Shown here piece by piece: positions 12,219 through 23,087 of a stretch of DNA of 64,000 bases. Position numbers and translations under genes: made by a program. The number at the start of each line of letters is the position of its first letter. The stretch's first letter is position 1. Location: NCBI GenBank assembly GCA_047495785.1, contig JBLDXI010000024.1, positions 62,001-126,000 on the forward strand. Reading direction: 5' to 3'. The DNA comes from Lepidodermella squamata. Its lineage: Eukaryota; Animalia; Gastrotricha. The notes below the pieces were generated by a model, which was not told the DNA's origin, did no database searches, and saw only the letters and a list, made by a program, of their open reading frames with translations.

Positions 12219-12631
12219 CAAAATTCAAAGGCGGTGGAAAAAGTGTTTATACACCAATGAGTAACACAGGTTGTTCAACTTTATTGCTGAATCAATGTTT
12301 ACCTTGAGTGGGCTTCTACTATACCTACTGCAACACCGCCTTCTTCGTTTACAAAATGGAAGTGAAGACATTCCTTCAGATGCTCGGGATAGAACTGCGT
12401 GGGTTCAAAGCATCGCAGTTCAGGTTATTTTTCATAAAATTAATGCTTTATTGAAGTGAAACCGGATTCTATTTCACCGAGGTGGTGCGAAGCATATATA
12501 ATGGATCTCTTATTTTCTTACAAAAAATATTTTTAAATTTGCAATGATTGCAAATAAATTATATATAAAATAAGGGTGAGATGTAGGTATCTTAGCCAAG
12601 GTCAAATATTTCGCTTGTTATTCAATCGAAA

Positions 12632-14070
12632 TTATTCATCGTTTTCTTCCGTTTCAAGATTATTCGTTGCACCTGCTGGTGATTTCTTCACGTTGGTTAG
12701 GCGAACTAGTGATTCAGCACTGACAGTGTCGCTTTCCTCATCTTCGCTGCCTAGAATTTCCTTCGGCACACTGCCGAATCCCAGAGTGCAGTGGACCGAA
12801 TCGGTAATTCTAGCTGCGTTTTTGTCGCAGCCATGCTCTTCGGCAGGAAAATTGATAGGGAAGAAATTAAGCTTAGATTTACGGACAGATTTTACGCACA
12901 GCTCAGAAATCTATTTCAAGTGAAATATAATCGAGGTTTTTAATTTATTGGATTTATTACCTTGCTGCACAGTTCAGCTTCGTTGTTTGTACCATCACTT
13001 CGGAATCCGACGCACATGAAATCAACAGCACCACCGAATCCATGCATCACGGATACCCCTTGGGTATTAGTCTTGTTGCCCGAAGCTAGTGATTTAACGA
13101 ATAACGGCTGGGAAGAGAAAGCGAAGTACTCGTTCGCAATCTCGCCGATGTTGTCTAACATACCAGCGTCTAAGCAAACCTCGTTACCCGAGGAGGCCTG
13201 AGCCTTTCGGCCATTGCAAAGGTCAAAGATGTTGCTGTACGCGCTGGCAGTACCAACTCGGCTGCCGATGGATGTACGGCTGGTAGCATTCGCCTCGCGC
13301 ACGTAATCTACCAGGACTGGCATCAAAAACAGCGGCGAACCATGTTTTGCGAGCAGATCACATGCGGCCTTCTTAACTGCCTCCCCACAGCCCGAGTCTG
13401 CCGCTAGCCCCATAGTCCTCGTAGTTGATGGACGAGGCCGAGGCGTAGTAGTTGATGAAGTCGCCGCGCTGACGATCGGTCGGTTGTCGTAAATACTTTT
13501 GAATGCACGTTGGACGTTCCTCTTTTGCTCCTCAGTTAGAGGACTTCGAGGAGGCGGCAGGACAGAGTAGATCTGCTGCTGAAGTAGAATGCCGCTGCGT
13601 TCCGATAGGCCATTTTTCTCAGCCAAAGGGGCGAGGGCGCTCTGCAGGGCTTCGATAGCGAATACTGCATAAGGATCCGTGACGGCATCAGGCGAGGGCA
13701 ACACGGGGCCGGGGAATGTCCGAGAGCATAGGCCACATTTCGGCGTCAAAGTCGATGTGGATGTGGATGTGGATGTTGGCCACGTACGCACAGGCTCTCG
13801 GATTCGCGGTCGCGAAGTGCTAGCCGCCGTTGCAACAGTTTGTGGCGTAGTCGGCTCAGTTGGTGGCTGTGTCGAGGCTGATGTGGATGTTGGCAACGTA
13901 CGCGCAGATTCGCGGCGTCGTGTGCGCGAAGTGCTACCCGCCGTTGCAACAGTTTGCGGCGTAGTCGGCTCAGTTTCTGCTGCGAGAGGTCGCTTCGCCC
14001 GTGACTGCGGCTGGCAGCTGCAGACAATTGCGACGGCGAGTAGAATTCCAGCTATTTCCCAAAAATTCAT
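12632..14070 (-). CDS. Secreted LAS/peptidase M15-like zinc metallopeptidase, paralog 2; 2 exons (intron 12911-12960)
   Basis: Signal peptide MNFWEIAGILLAVAIVCSC and S/T/P-rich repeats. ACDLL...SAYSNIFDLCNG...VCLDAGML...VMHGFGGAVDF...TDSVHCTLG aligns with paralog 1, which has an intron at the same position. TAA 12632-12634. Confidence 0.7.
13762..13974 (-). repeat. Two-copy 114-nt intragenic tandem repeat (TEPTTPQTVATA.STSR.R.RE..RT.PTSTS)
   Basis: Near-identical units ending at 13860 and 13974 on the + strand (gccgttgcaacagtttg..gcgtagtcggctcagt). Confidence 0.85.
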
Positions 14071-14624
14071 TTTAATATCTGAACCTATTCGGTTTTTATA
14101 AAGTTGAATTGATCTGTCGAATCTTTGTTAAAAAATTGTCTAAAAAATTGGAATTAATTTTCCTAATCGCGGCCATGCCACTACGCCGACTTCAGTGGGA
14201 GTATTATTAAGCGCCCACATGAATCATTTTGAGTAAAAAAATTAATTTAAATAAGTAATAAAACACCGGACGAATTACATACTTGATTCTAGGTAAGTAA
14301 TACTACTGGGAATTCCACTCATGGTTCGTTAATTATTTAATGAGGAGCTATTTTTAATTGCACCGTCGAGTCGTATTACCTGTCACGAAAAGAAACAGTT
14401 TGATAGAATCGGTCGCTCTTTATTGCCTTTATTTTAATACACCTTGGGGACATGCCCAAAGCCAGACGCATTTTTATAGCTTATACGTCATATCATACAT
14501 CTGTTTTTTAACAACCAAACAGTGAGCCAACGAAAAAAAAACGAAACAATAGCTGCATCATTTATAAATTGGAAAGATACTCGGACGTTTATATTGCTCC
14601 AGGTAAAAAAGGTAGGTCTCGCAA

Positions 14625-16557
14625 TCAATCCCCCTCGGCATACTCGAATTCTGCCCCGCTTTCTTGCTCCGCTAATAGCCGTGTAAATCGGTTCGGCCCA
14701 ATCTTGTCTCCACTTCGCAAAAATTTATGCGTTTGCGGGTTGTCGTTGGCCGTTTTTCGATCGTCCCAATTACTGGCGGGTAGTTGATCTGTCGCAATCG
14801 CCTCCTTAATCATTGCTTCGAGGCCACGAATTCGAACGAGAACTGCCGTATGATCGTTAATATGAACTCCCAAAACAGCGGTGTCGCGATTTTCCAATAT
14901 CAAACCAACGCTAAATATAAGAAAAATTTAAGAAAAATGAATAAAGGAAAACTCGAAATTTCTTACGGGAATATGAAAGGATCTTCGATGTACATGTAGC
15001 GAACAATTGGAACCGAGTTGAGCAAGTCTTTGGCGATGTGAAGAGGATCACTGACGTAGACGACGCGATAAGGCGGGTTAGCACTCGGGTCTGCTTTCAA
15101 GAGAACGACGTTGGTCGTGTAATACCGCCGCGTATCCGACGTCCGCTTCTTGAACAAAGTCACGTGTCCAAAACCGATGTAGTAGCTGCCCTGGTAATGC
15201 ACGAAGGGCGTACCACCGCGTAAGTGATGCTTCAAATCGTCGAAAATATTCTCCTGTGCAGTACCAGCTGCGTAAACTATCTGGCACTGGAAACGGTCGT
15301 CACATTCCAACACGCGTAATGGGTCCAAGTTGTGGACGAAGTGGATGGTTTGAGGTGGGGTGAGCTTCGAGCCCGGCCGCGGCTTTCTCGGCGGCAAATT
15401 GAAGGCCGACCAGTGTTTGTCCCGCGGGAATGACTCGTTAGGATTGTCGAGCATTGGCGAAAAGCCGCGGATGACGGGGTAATTGATCCTATTCTTGCGA
15501 TAATCCCATATCAACGTGTAATCCATCGCCTTGTAATCAAGCCCATTCATGCCGGTGTTGAAACTAACAAACAGGTTCGAGCGGTTGAAAGCCGGGAAAA
15601 GTCGAGGCTCGATTGGCCCATCGCCTATTGTAGAACCACCATTCGTTGGAATACCCTATATACATTATTTAGATGCTGAATTCAGCTGACAGTCAAGTTC
15701 ATTACCATCAAGTGCCCTGGGTCGATGGGTTGGAATTTATTATCGTAACTTTGAGCGTAAAAATAATTGTCGAGAAAAGCGTTTTTCGGCCAATTATTCT
15801 TGTCCTCGTAACGCTCCCGATCGAGCCAAATCCGCATAATGACGACCAGCCGACCTTCGCCACCGTTGTAGTCGCGATCCCAATATAAAGCAGGACTAAA
15901 AAATTTATAAAATTAATTTATAAAATTATAATTAATATTAATATTATATAAATTATTATAATTATAAAAAATCTAGCTAATTTCTTACCTGTTTGCATAA
16001 AACACATTTTCTTCCATCGGATCAGGAAACATGGTTTTGACGCGCCGTTCGACCATTGGCGAGAAGCTGTACATCATGCTTGTTGTAACCATGTGAGCAC
16101 TGAGCATTTTCGCGAGTCGGGTCAATGTCGGTGCCACACCGTCTGCGGTGGCATTTTTTAGCAGAAGTGTTCCATCATGAGGAGGCGTGTAGAAGAACCC
16201 GCCCGACATGCGAGTTTTGACTTTGAACTTTTCATGAACGTTGAACACGAGTTGCGTCGACGAGTTAGGATAAATTGGCCCGTCGACAGCAAAAGCGGAT
16301 ATGTCCTGTTTAGCGGGAGCTCGGCGGCCGCGAGTGTGCTCGCTGTCCAGGTCGATGAGTGGCGCCATGCCAACTTTTACCAGCTTATCCGCATTGCCCG
16401 TAACTTCTGAGGCGTAGTCGCTGTGTTGCGACCGTGATGCGGCTCGCACTTGGTCGGACGAAAATTGCACGCCGGCATTGAATGAGAAAATGGCGACTAG
16501 GGTGCAAACGATGAGGAAGACAAAAATGCGCAGGATCGGGTTGCTTTTCATCAGCAT
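14625..16557 (-). CDS. Type II membrane protein, putative five-bladed beta-propeller glycosyltransferase/glycoside phosphorylase (fungal beta-mannosyltransferase GT91 / GH130-like), paralog 1; 4 exons
   Basis: N-terminal signal anchor LRIFVFLIVCTLVAIFSF. Motifs YANSPAL, MRIW, DNYFY, GDGPIEPRLF, RDKHW, HLRGGTP, GFGH, RRYYT, FIFPVGL recall GPEDPR/EKNW/LRGGT motifs. Start codon uncertain because the frame is open upstream. Confidence 0.55.
15897..15988 (-). repeat. Nearly pure A/T low-complexity intron with degenerate TTATA/AATT repeats
   Basis: aaatttataaaattaatttta...ttataattataaaaa between GT and AG sites of the GT-like gene. Confidence 0.6.
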
Positions 16558-17510
16558 TTGGCATGCGTTCGAGTTGCCGCCATCGAAGAAGCGCACCGAG
16601 GTGCCACCGACGTGATACACGGCACCGCCGGCGTCGACGCCCGTTTTGCGCGGCTTTATGGCTCCGGCGTAGAGCGTAATTAGGCGGCAGAGGCTGGGGG
16701 CTCGTCCGGGGGTTCGATGACAACTGAGATAGCGTCCGAAATCGCCCCTGTCGTCGTCTTTCCGGCGGTTGAAAAGTTGAGAGGCGACGTCGCTGGTATC
16801 ACGACGCTAATTTAAACATAAAAATTGACAATGGCGGGCCTAGATGAAAGGTAAAATTGTTCGTGAAAATTTGTTAGTTTTGCGAGAGGCGAGAGAACTG
16901 GCGCCCCTAATAACTACTATAGTTTCGTGAGTAGTAGTTTCTGTGCTACGTGATGCGCCGATTGGCGAGTGTTTGTAGCGAGCGCACAACCTGTTACCTG
17001 TCTGCCGCCATGTTTGCACGCACCATTACTACGTTGTCGTCGTAGTACTACGACTACTACGGCGAGCTCACTTGAGTTTGCGCATTACGGGCGCTATGCT
17101 AAAGTGTAGTGAGGCCGAATAATGAATTCGCGCCATTGTGTTTTGTGGGGTCGCGCAGGTTACGACTGTCTGAGCTCGCCTGCTCGAGAGGCGACCCATG
17201 GTGCGCTCGCATGCCTGTCAGATGACGCCAGCACATAACAGTACTCCACCACGTTGCGTGCGCACGCCGACTGCCGCCGCCGACAGTAGAGCAACCCGAT
17301 GGTATCACTTCATGCAGTATCAACCTTACACCCACAGCTACATAGTCTTCACGTTGCAACAATTTTTTGGATTTGTTAAAAGTATTGTTATAAGCAACAC
17401 ATTCAAGTACCGTTATTTATTCACTCTCACACTGTCAAAAATATAGTTGGCAAAGCAAATAACTTTTTTGAAGATCTATGTCTCCTTGAACAACAGCTGG
17501 GTCGACTTTT

Positions 17511-19319
17511 TTAAGGCGAAAATGTCGAACTAACAAGGGTCTCTAATTTGACACCTTGGTAAGACTCGTCATCACTGCCGCTGCGGAAAAGTAGACCCGA
17601 CTCATCACTCGCTGCTAGCCTTACGAAATGATTAGGCCCGATGGTCAGTTCTTTACGCCCAGCGACAGGTGGCTGCTCGTTTTCACTTGCATCGATAACG
17701 TCACGCATGATCATTTCAAGGCCGCGAATTCGAATTATATGAGCCGTGTTATCGTTGATATGCAGGCCAACTAGAGCAGTATCGCGATTCTCAACTATTA
17801 AACCGACTCTGTAAAAATAGCAAAAAATTAAAGAAAAAAATGTCTCACAAATATTACGGGAAAATGAAGGGATGTTTGATGTAAAGGAAGCGGACAATAT
17901 CTATCGACTTCATCAATGTCTCATCCAGGTGAATAGGATAGCTGATGTAGACGATTTCGAACGGTGGCGAGCGGCTGGGATCGGCTCGAAGCACAACAAT
18001 GTTGCCGGTGTAATACCGGGTCCAATTTTCGGAAAATAAAGTCACGTGAGCGATGCCGACGTAGTACGGCCATTGGTACAAAACGAATCTATAAGAGATG
18101 AAATCGAGTTGAAAAAATTCATAAAAAAATTTGCAAGCTAACGGTGTTCCGCCTCGAAGATGATGTTTGTCGTCACGGAAAATATTCTGGTCGAGCGTAC
18201 CAGCTTGGAAAATGATCCTGCAGCGAAAACCAGGCGTGCATTCTAAGATTCGAAGCGGCTCCAGACTGTGGACGAAATGAACAAGAGGCTGGTCGGAATA
18301 GGTTGTGTTCGATCGAGGCATGGTGAACGCCATCCAGTGCTTATCCCGAGGCAAACTGCTTTCAGAACCTTGAAACATCGGGCTGTTCGAAGGTTCAGAG
18401 GTCAATTCTAGCGGGTCAATAAAAAAGAATAACCATACTTGGGTGGGTTAATCTTGGGAAAATGCAGCCTGCTTTGCCGATAGTCCCATATCATTGTGTA
18501 GTCGATGAACCGCCGTTGCTGATCGTAAGTGCCAGTATTGAAGGAAACATAGAGACTAGAGCGATTGAATGCTGGAAATAGGCGAGGTTCGATTAGACCA
18601 TCCCCCAGAGTTGCCCCAGCCGAAGTAGGAATAGCCTGGGAAAATAGCGGAAAATTCAACTAAACTTTACCGCAAAAATAATAAAAATAACTTTCAACCA
18701 TTAGTTGGCCAGGATCAAGCGGTTGCATGTCGCGGTCGAACGTTTGCGTGTAAAAATAATTGTCGAGAAAATGGTTCAGCGGCCAGTCGATTTTATTTAT
18801 CTCGTACCGCTCTCGAGCCAACCAGATTCGCATGATAACTATCAAACGACTGCTATCCGCGTCCCAAAACAACGCAGGGCTGTTCGCGTAGAAGACATTT
18901 TCATTCGGCTCGTCTGGAAACATCGTTTTCACGCGCTGTTCAACTTGCGGCGAAAAGTTGTGGACGAAGCTGGTTTCAATTTTATGCCGGTGCCAGTACA
19001 GCTTCTCGATTCGCGTCGATGCGTTCAACCACATGGCTGCTCCATATTTAGGAGGTATCGCTTTCGTCTTGAAGACAGCGCCTTTAAGGCTAGCCTTTAC
19101 ACGAAATCGCTCGTTGACATTTTGCAGTAGAAGAAGTGTCGATGAATGGGGGAAAATAATCCCTGAAGCCGATAGAGCATCGGTATCCCTCGCGCTACCT
19201 TTTCGATGAAGGCTAACATTTTTCTCAATCTGTTTATCCAAGCTCAGAATCAGTATGATGGAGCATAGGGAAAACGCCACTAGAACAGTGATCCAATAAT
19301 ATGGAAATCGAGGTTTCAT
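17511..19319 (-). CDS. Type II membrane GT91/GH130-like protein, paralog 2; about 5 exons
   Basis: MKPRFPYYWITVLVAFSLCSIILIL anchor. Closely similar to paralog 1 (RVKTMFPD, ENVFYANSPAL, GDGLIEPRLFPAFNRS, RDKHW, HHLRGGTP, FIFP|VGL). Shares intron positions at LM|xIPT and FP|V. Confidence 0.55.
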
Positions 19320-19873
19320 TTTTTTAACGAAATAAAATTTTATAGAGCAAGTATTTCGCCGATTAAACACGCGATCAATATATAGGTCACGCGTCGCTTT
19401 TTTGCGTAATTTTATTTCGATTTGAGTTCGACGAAATGATTTGGCGGTGATCATTCATTAAAGAGAACCGCCGCGACCGATCAATGTATTCATTAATTTC
19501 GTTTCGTATTATGATTTTGGATTTATTCCATCGGTTTTTTCGAACATTTACCGCTTTTCGACAGATTGTACTGGTTTTGCTAATTCTCATAATATGCAAC
19601 AGACGTGATTTGAACCGCGAACTTCGAAGTTCGATAGAGCCGAAAATTAAAGAAAAAAGTATATTGCGAGTGCTGGGTACCGAAAAAGATCCGTTAAGGA
19701 CAGCAATTATCTTATCTGGGTGCGGTTGTAGCAAGGTCAGAAATTCCCAAAACTACACCCGATATCAGCGAGTTTGATATTGAGCTTATCTGCTCCAGTT
19801 TCAACCCAGCAGAATATTTTTATATCGGCGGTTGTGAAATATTGGCCAATAGACTTTTTCCAAATTTAGTAAA
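19320..19873. promoter_or_regulatory. Putative bidirectional promoter between GT-like paralog 2 and the NEK-like gene
   Basis: Divergent ATGs 554 nt apart; inferred from gene arrangement only. Confidence 0.3.
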
Positions 19874-21114
19874 ATGGCGATTACTTCGAGGAAACAGTAC
19901 ACCGAGATGCAAGCCGTAGGAAAGGGAGGTAACATTTCAAGCTTCATTCGTTTTTTCATCGAGTTTAATCAAACCAGCTTTCGGCCGTTGTATTCTGGCT
20001 GAGATTGCCTCTGAAGATGGCAGAACAAGGAATAAGATAGTGGTGAAAGAGATCAAACTCGACATTTTCGCGAAACGAACGCAGCCAGAAGACAAAGCCA
20101 ACGATTCTGCCGACGAGGAAGAAAATGCCGAGATGTTGCAAATGATTCGTGATCAAGGCGAGTTGCTGCGCCAGCTCAATCACGTGAACGTTGTCAAAGG
20201 CCTCGGTTCATTTGAAGGTCAATCACCACACAGCTTCAACGAAAATTCATAAAAATTCTATTATTATAGAAAATGGGATATTTTATGTTGCGACAGAGTA
20301 TTGCGATTCTGAAGACTTGGGGCGCAAAGTTTTGATACAGAGACTTAAATTGAACGGCTCGAGTTATTTCTCCGAGAATAAGGTCATGAATTGGGCTTCA
20401 CAGCTAGTGCTGGCTGTTGATTATTTGCATCGCAACAGCATTCTTCACCGCGACATCAAGCCAAGCGTTTGTTCGATATCAATTTAAAAATATTGGCCAT
20501 ACAGTCCAAGTCGCTTTTTAGAACATATTTCTCCACAACAATGGGCGAACGGTAAAGCTCGGCAGTTTCGGCATCGCCAAGAAGCTGGAAAGGTTCGGGG
20601 TTAATACAATCTCCTTCTCAAGTTCGAATTTTTATCTTAATTTAGCCAAGAGGGATACTCGTTGGGGCAAATTGGAACTATGACACACATGAGCCCTGAG
20701 ATGATCGAGGGCAAAGCAGTTACGTTGAAGCATGACATTTGGGCACTTGGAGTCACGTTGTACGAAGTCATGAGTCTCAGCTTACCCGTATGTGTTTTCA
20801 AATGAATCTGATACAAATTTAATTTTAATTTTTTTTCAGTTTGAGAATCCAAGTCCAACGCTTCTTTGCCGAGATATCTGCAAGTAAGTTTTGTTTTAAT
20901 CATTTTTATTCTCAAAAGCTTTATCATTCTCAGGAAAACGCCGAAGCCTCTTGCGACTCAACAATTTTCCGAACAGCTTCGAACATTCGTAGAGCAAGAC
21001 CTCTTGAACAAAGAAGCTGGGAAACGTCCGAGTGCTAGGTCAGTGTTGATGAGTGGGGTCATTTTGACCGCCATATCGCATCTCATTGCAGATGAATTTT
21101 GGGTCAATAAATAA
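19874..21114 (+). CDS. NEK/NIMA-related Ser/Thr kinase domain protein, probable pseudokinase; about 7 exons
   Basis: GKG|AFG glycine loop, VVKEI, LHRDIKPS|NIFL, VKLGSFGIAK (DFG replaced by SFG), MSPE, DIWALGVTLYE, KRPSA. Confidence 0.85.
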
Positions 21115-23087
21115 TGAACTTTCAGCGACAATATTAACATTTATCGCATTGCGCAGTTCCGATCGCCATTTCCGCCGCACGGATATCAAAATAAGCCGGA
21201 CCTTTTGGCCGCAATTCCTTTGGGCCACTTTTTGAATAAAAGTACTAGGTAGTGAGTGTGAAGCTATTATAGCTCGAGTACTAGCGAGTCCATCAATGTA
21301 AAGTGAGGCATCGCAATAATGATGCTTAGAGGCATGGTTGAAAAGCGATCGTGAAGAGATCATCGCCTGCCAATAAAAAAATCTTGAACGTAGTATATGA
21401 TATCTATGCGATGAGCTGGCCGCGGCGTCGAATTCTGGCGCCGCGGCTATCACACACGTTTGTGTAAAATAATATACAGCGTTGTTGCAGCAGTTAGTTG
21501 GTATTAGCGTAGCACAACTCGATGTTTGACTTATTGTATATTTGTACATTCAACGCACATATTGTGTTTGTATTATTATTAAGTTTTGGCGCAAAATCGA
21601 AGCGCATGCTTTGATGGGCGTAGCGCTGACTCGCTCGGGTATTGATGCATAAAAAATAAACATTTTCAATCCCAAATTTTTCGCGTTGATCCAAAAAAGC
21701 TCGATTTTAATATTACCATCAACCCCAGAAAATCGCCGCTTGCTAATTTCGCTTTCATCGTTATAGTCCATTGGTACAACAGCCAAATTGTGGCATTATA
21801 TTTGAAGGAAGGATCCATCGAGCATTGTCTCATTATCAGGACACGTATTATATAATATATAATTAATTCGTATACAAAATCATCGCATTTTTTTTTAGCA
21901 AATAAGATAACTGAAATGCGTCTGGATCGCATCCTGTCAAAAATTAGCCGATAAGAGTCCCTTTCAGCGATCAATAGCTAATACTTTTAGATGTTGCCTC
22001 CAAACCTAAATCGCAGATTTTTCCTGTCAGATTTTAGCGCGGCAATCTGGAGCCGGAAGCCTCGTGGCCGGCGTCGCAATGCGAGCCGTCGTTATTCAAG
22101 TTTTCATGATCCGGGCATGGTAGTACTCGCTAATAAGAACCACTTTTCCAGCTATTTTTTGTTATGAATCTGTGTACTCGAGACATGTAGAATACATCAG
22201 GATTAATTAATGCCCTTCCCCATATTTTATAGATGCGATGAAGGTGCCTCGAAGAGTCAAAATTATAGATGTTCTCATGCCCATTTAAATTGATTTTTGT
22301 TCCGGTTGGTAAGCCTAAACGGCACGGAGTTTGTTTATTATTTACAGCGATTTATCGGGGCTGTTCATATTTTGTTATTATCGCTGCGCTGATCGAATAA
22401 AGTCGGGCCACAGCTGGCGTGATGTACCATTTTGCGTGATTTAATTTGGCGCATCGATTTCATATTGCAATAGGCTATCTGGCTCTTCTCATTGCGATTG
22501 AGTAACCTCAGCGCATTTTTTTGTCAAAGGAAATTGAGGCGCGGCATGTCATCGTCGCGATGCCGGGCGCTGGCTACCAAGTCGTTTGTTGAAAATAAAT
22601 CGCAGCTCTCGAATCGATCGGTGCGTTTGTTTTAAACCGACGCGCCCGGTCAGGCGTGTTAAAAGCAATAATGATGACACACTGGTGCCGTTTTCCAGCT
22701 ACTATCATTGTCAGCCGATCGGCGCCTATTATGCCGCGCTGTAGTCGAGCCACGCGCGATCGCATCGCCGGCCCCGTTTATTACATTTTTGTGAGCAAAA
22801 AAATAAGTAAATATTATTTTAGAGTGTTAACATCAACGAGACGCCGCGCCAATAATTATACTCATAAGCTGAGCGCACCGCCTGCGATTGCAGTAGAACG
22901 AATATTTAGCACAGTCGACTCTAAAAAAATTTCAATCTACTATTAGGATTTATTAGCGTTGTGATTTCAACGTAAGGCATGAATTTCGGATAGCAGCAAC
23001 AGCGCAAACTCTTCAACAACGCAGATGACGCGTTGGAGCCTCCCGCCACGGTTGATTGCAATAAGCACTGGTTCTTCGTGATTGCAA

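Noticed and set aside
10719-14070. Hedgehog gene (H..G.AVD motif)
   Set aside because: No CGPGR N-terminus, no Hint/Hog domain and a different Cys pattern; only the shared LAS motif is present.
18383-18438. In-frame stop at 18408 suggesting GT-like paralog 2 is a pseudogene
   Set aside because: A 56-nt GT-AG intron (gtatgg...gaacag) removes it and gives a gap-free alignment with paralog 1.
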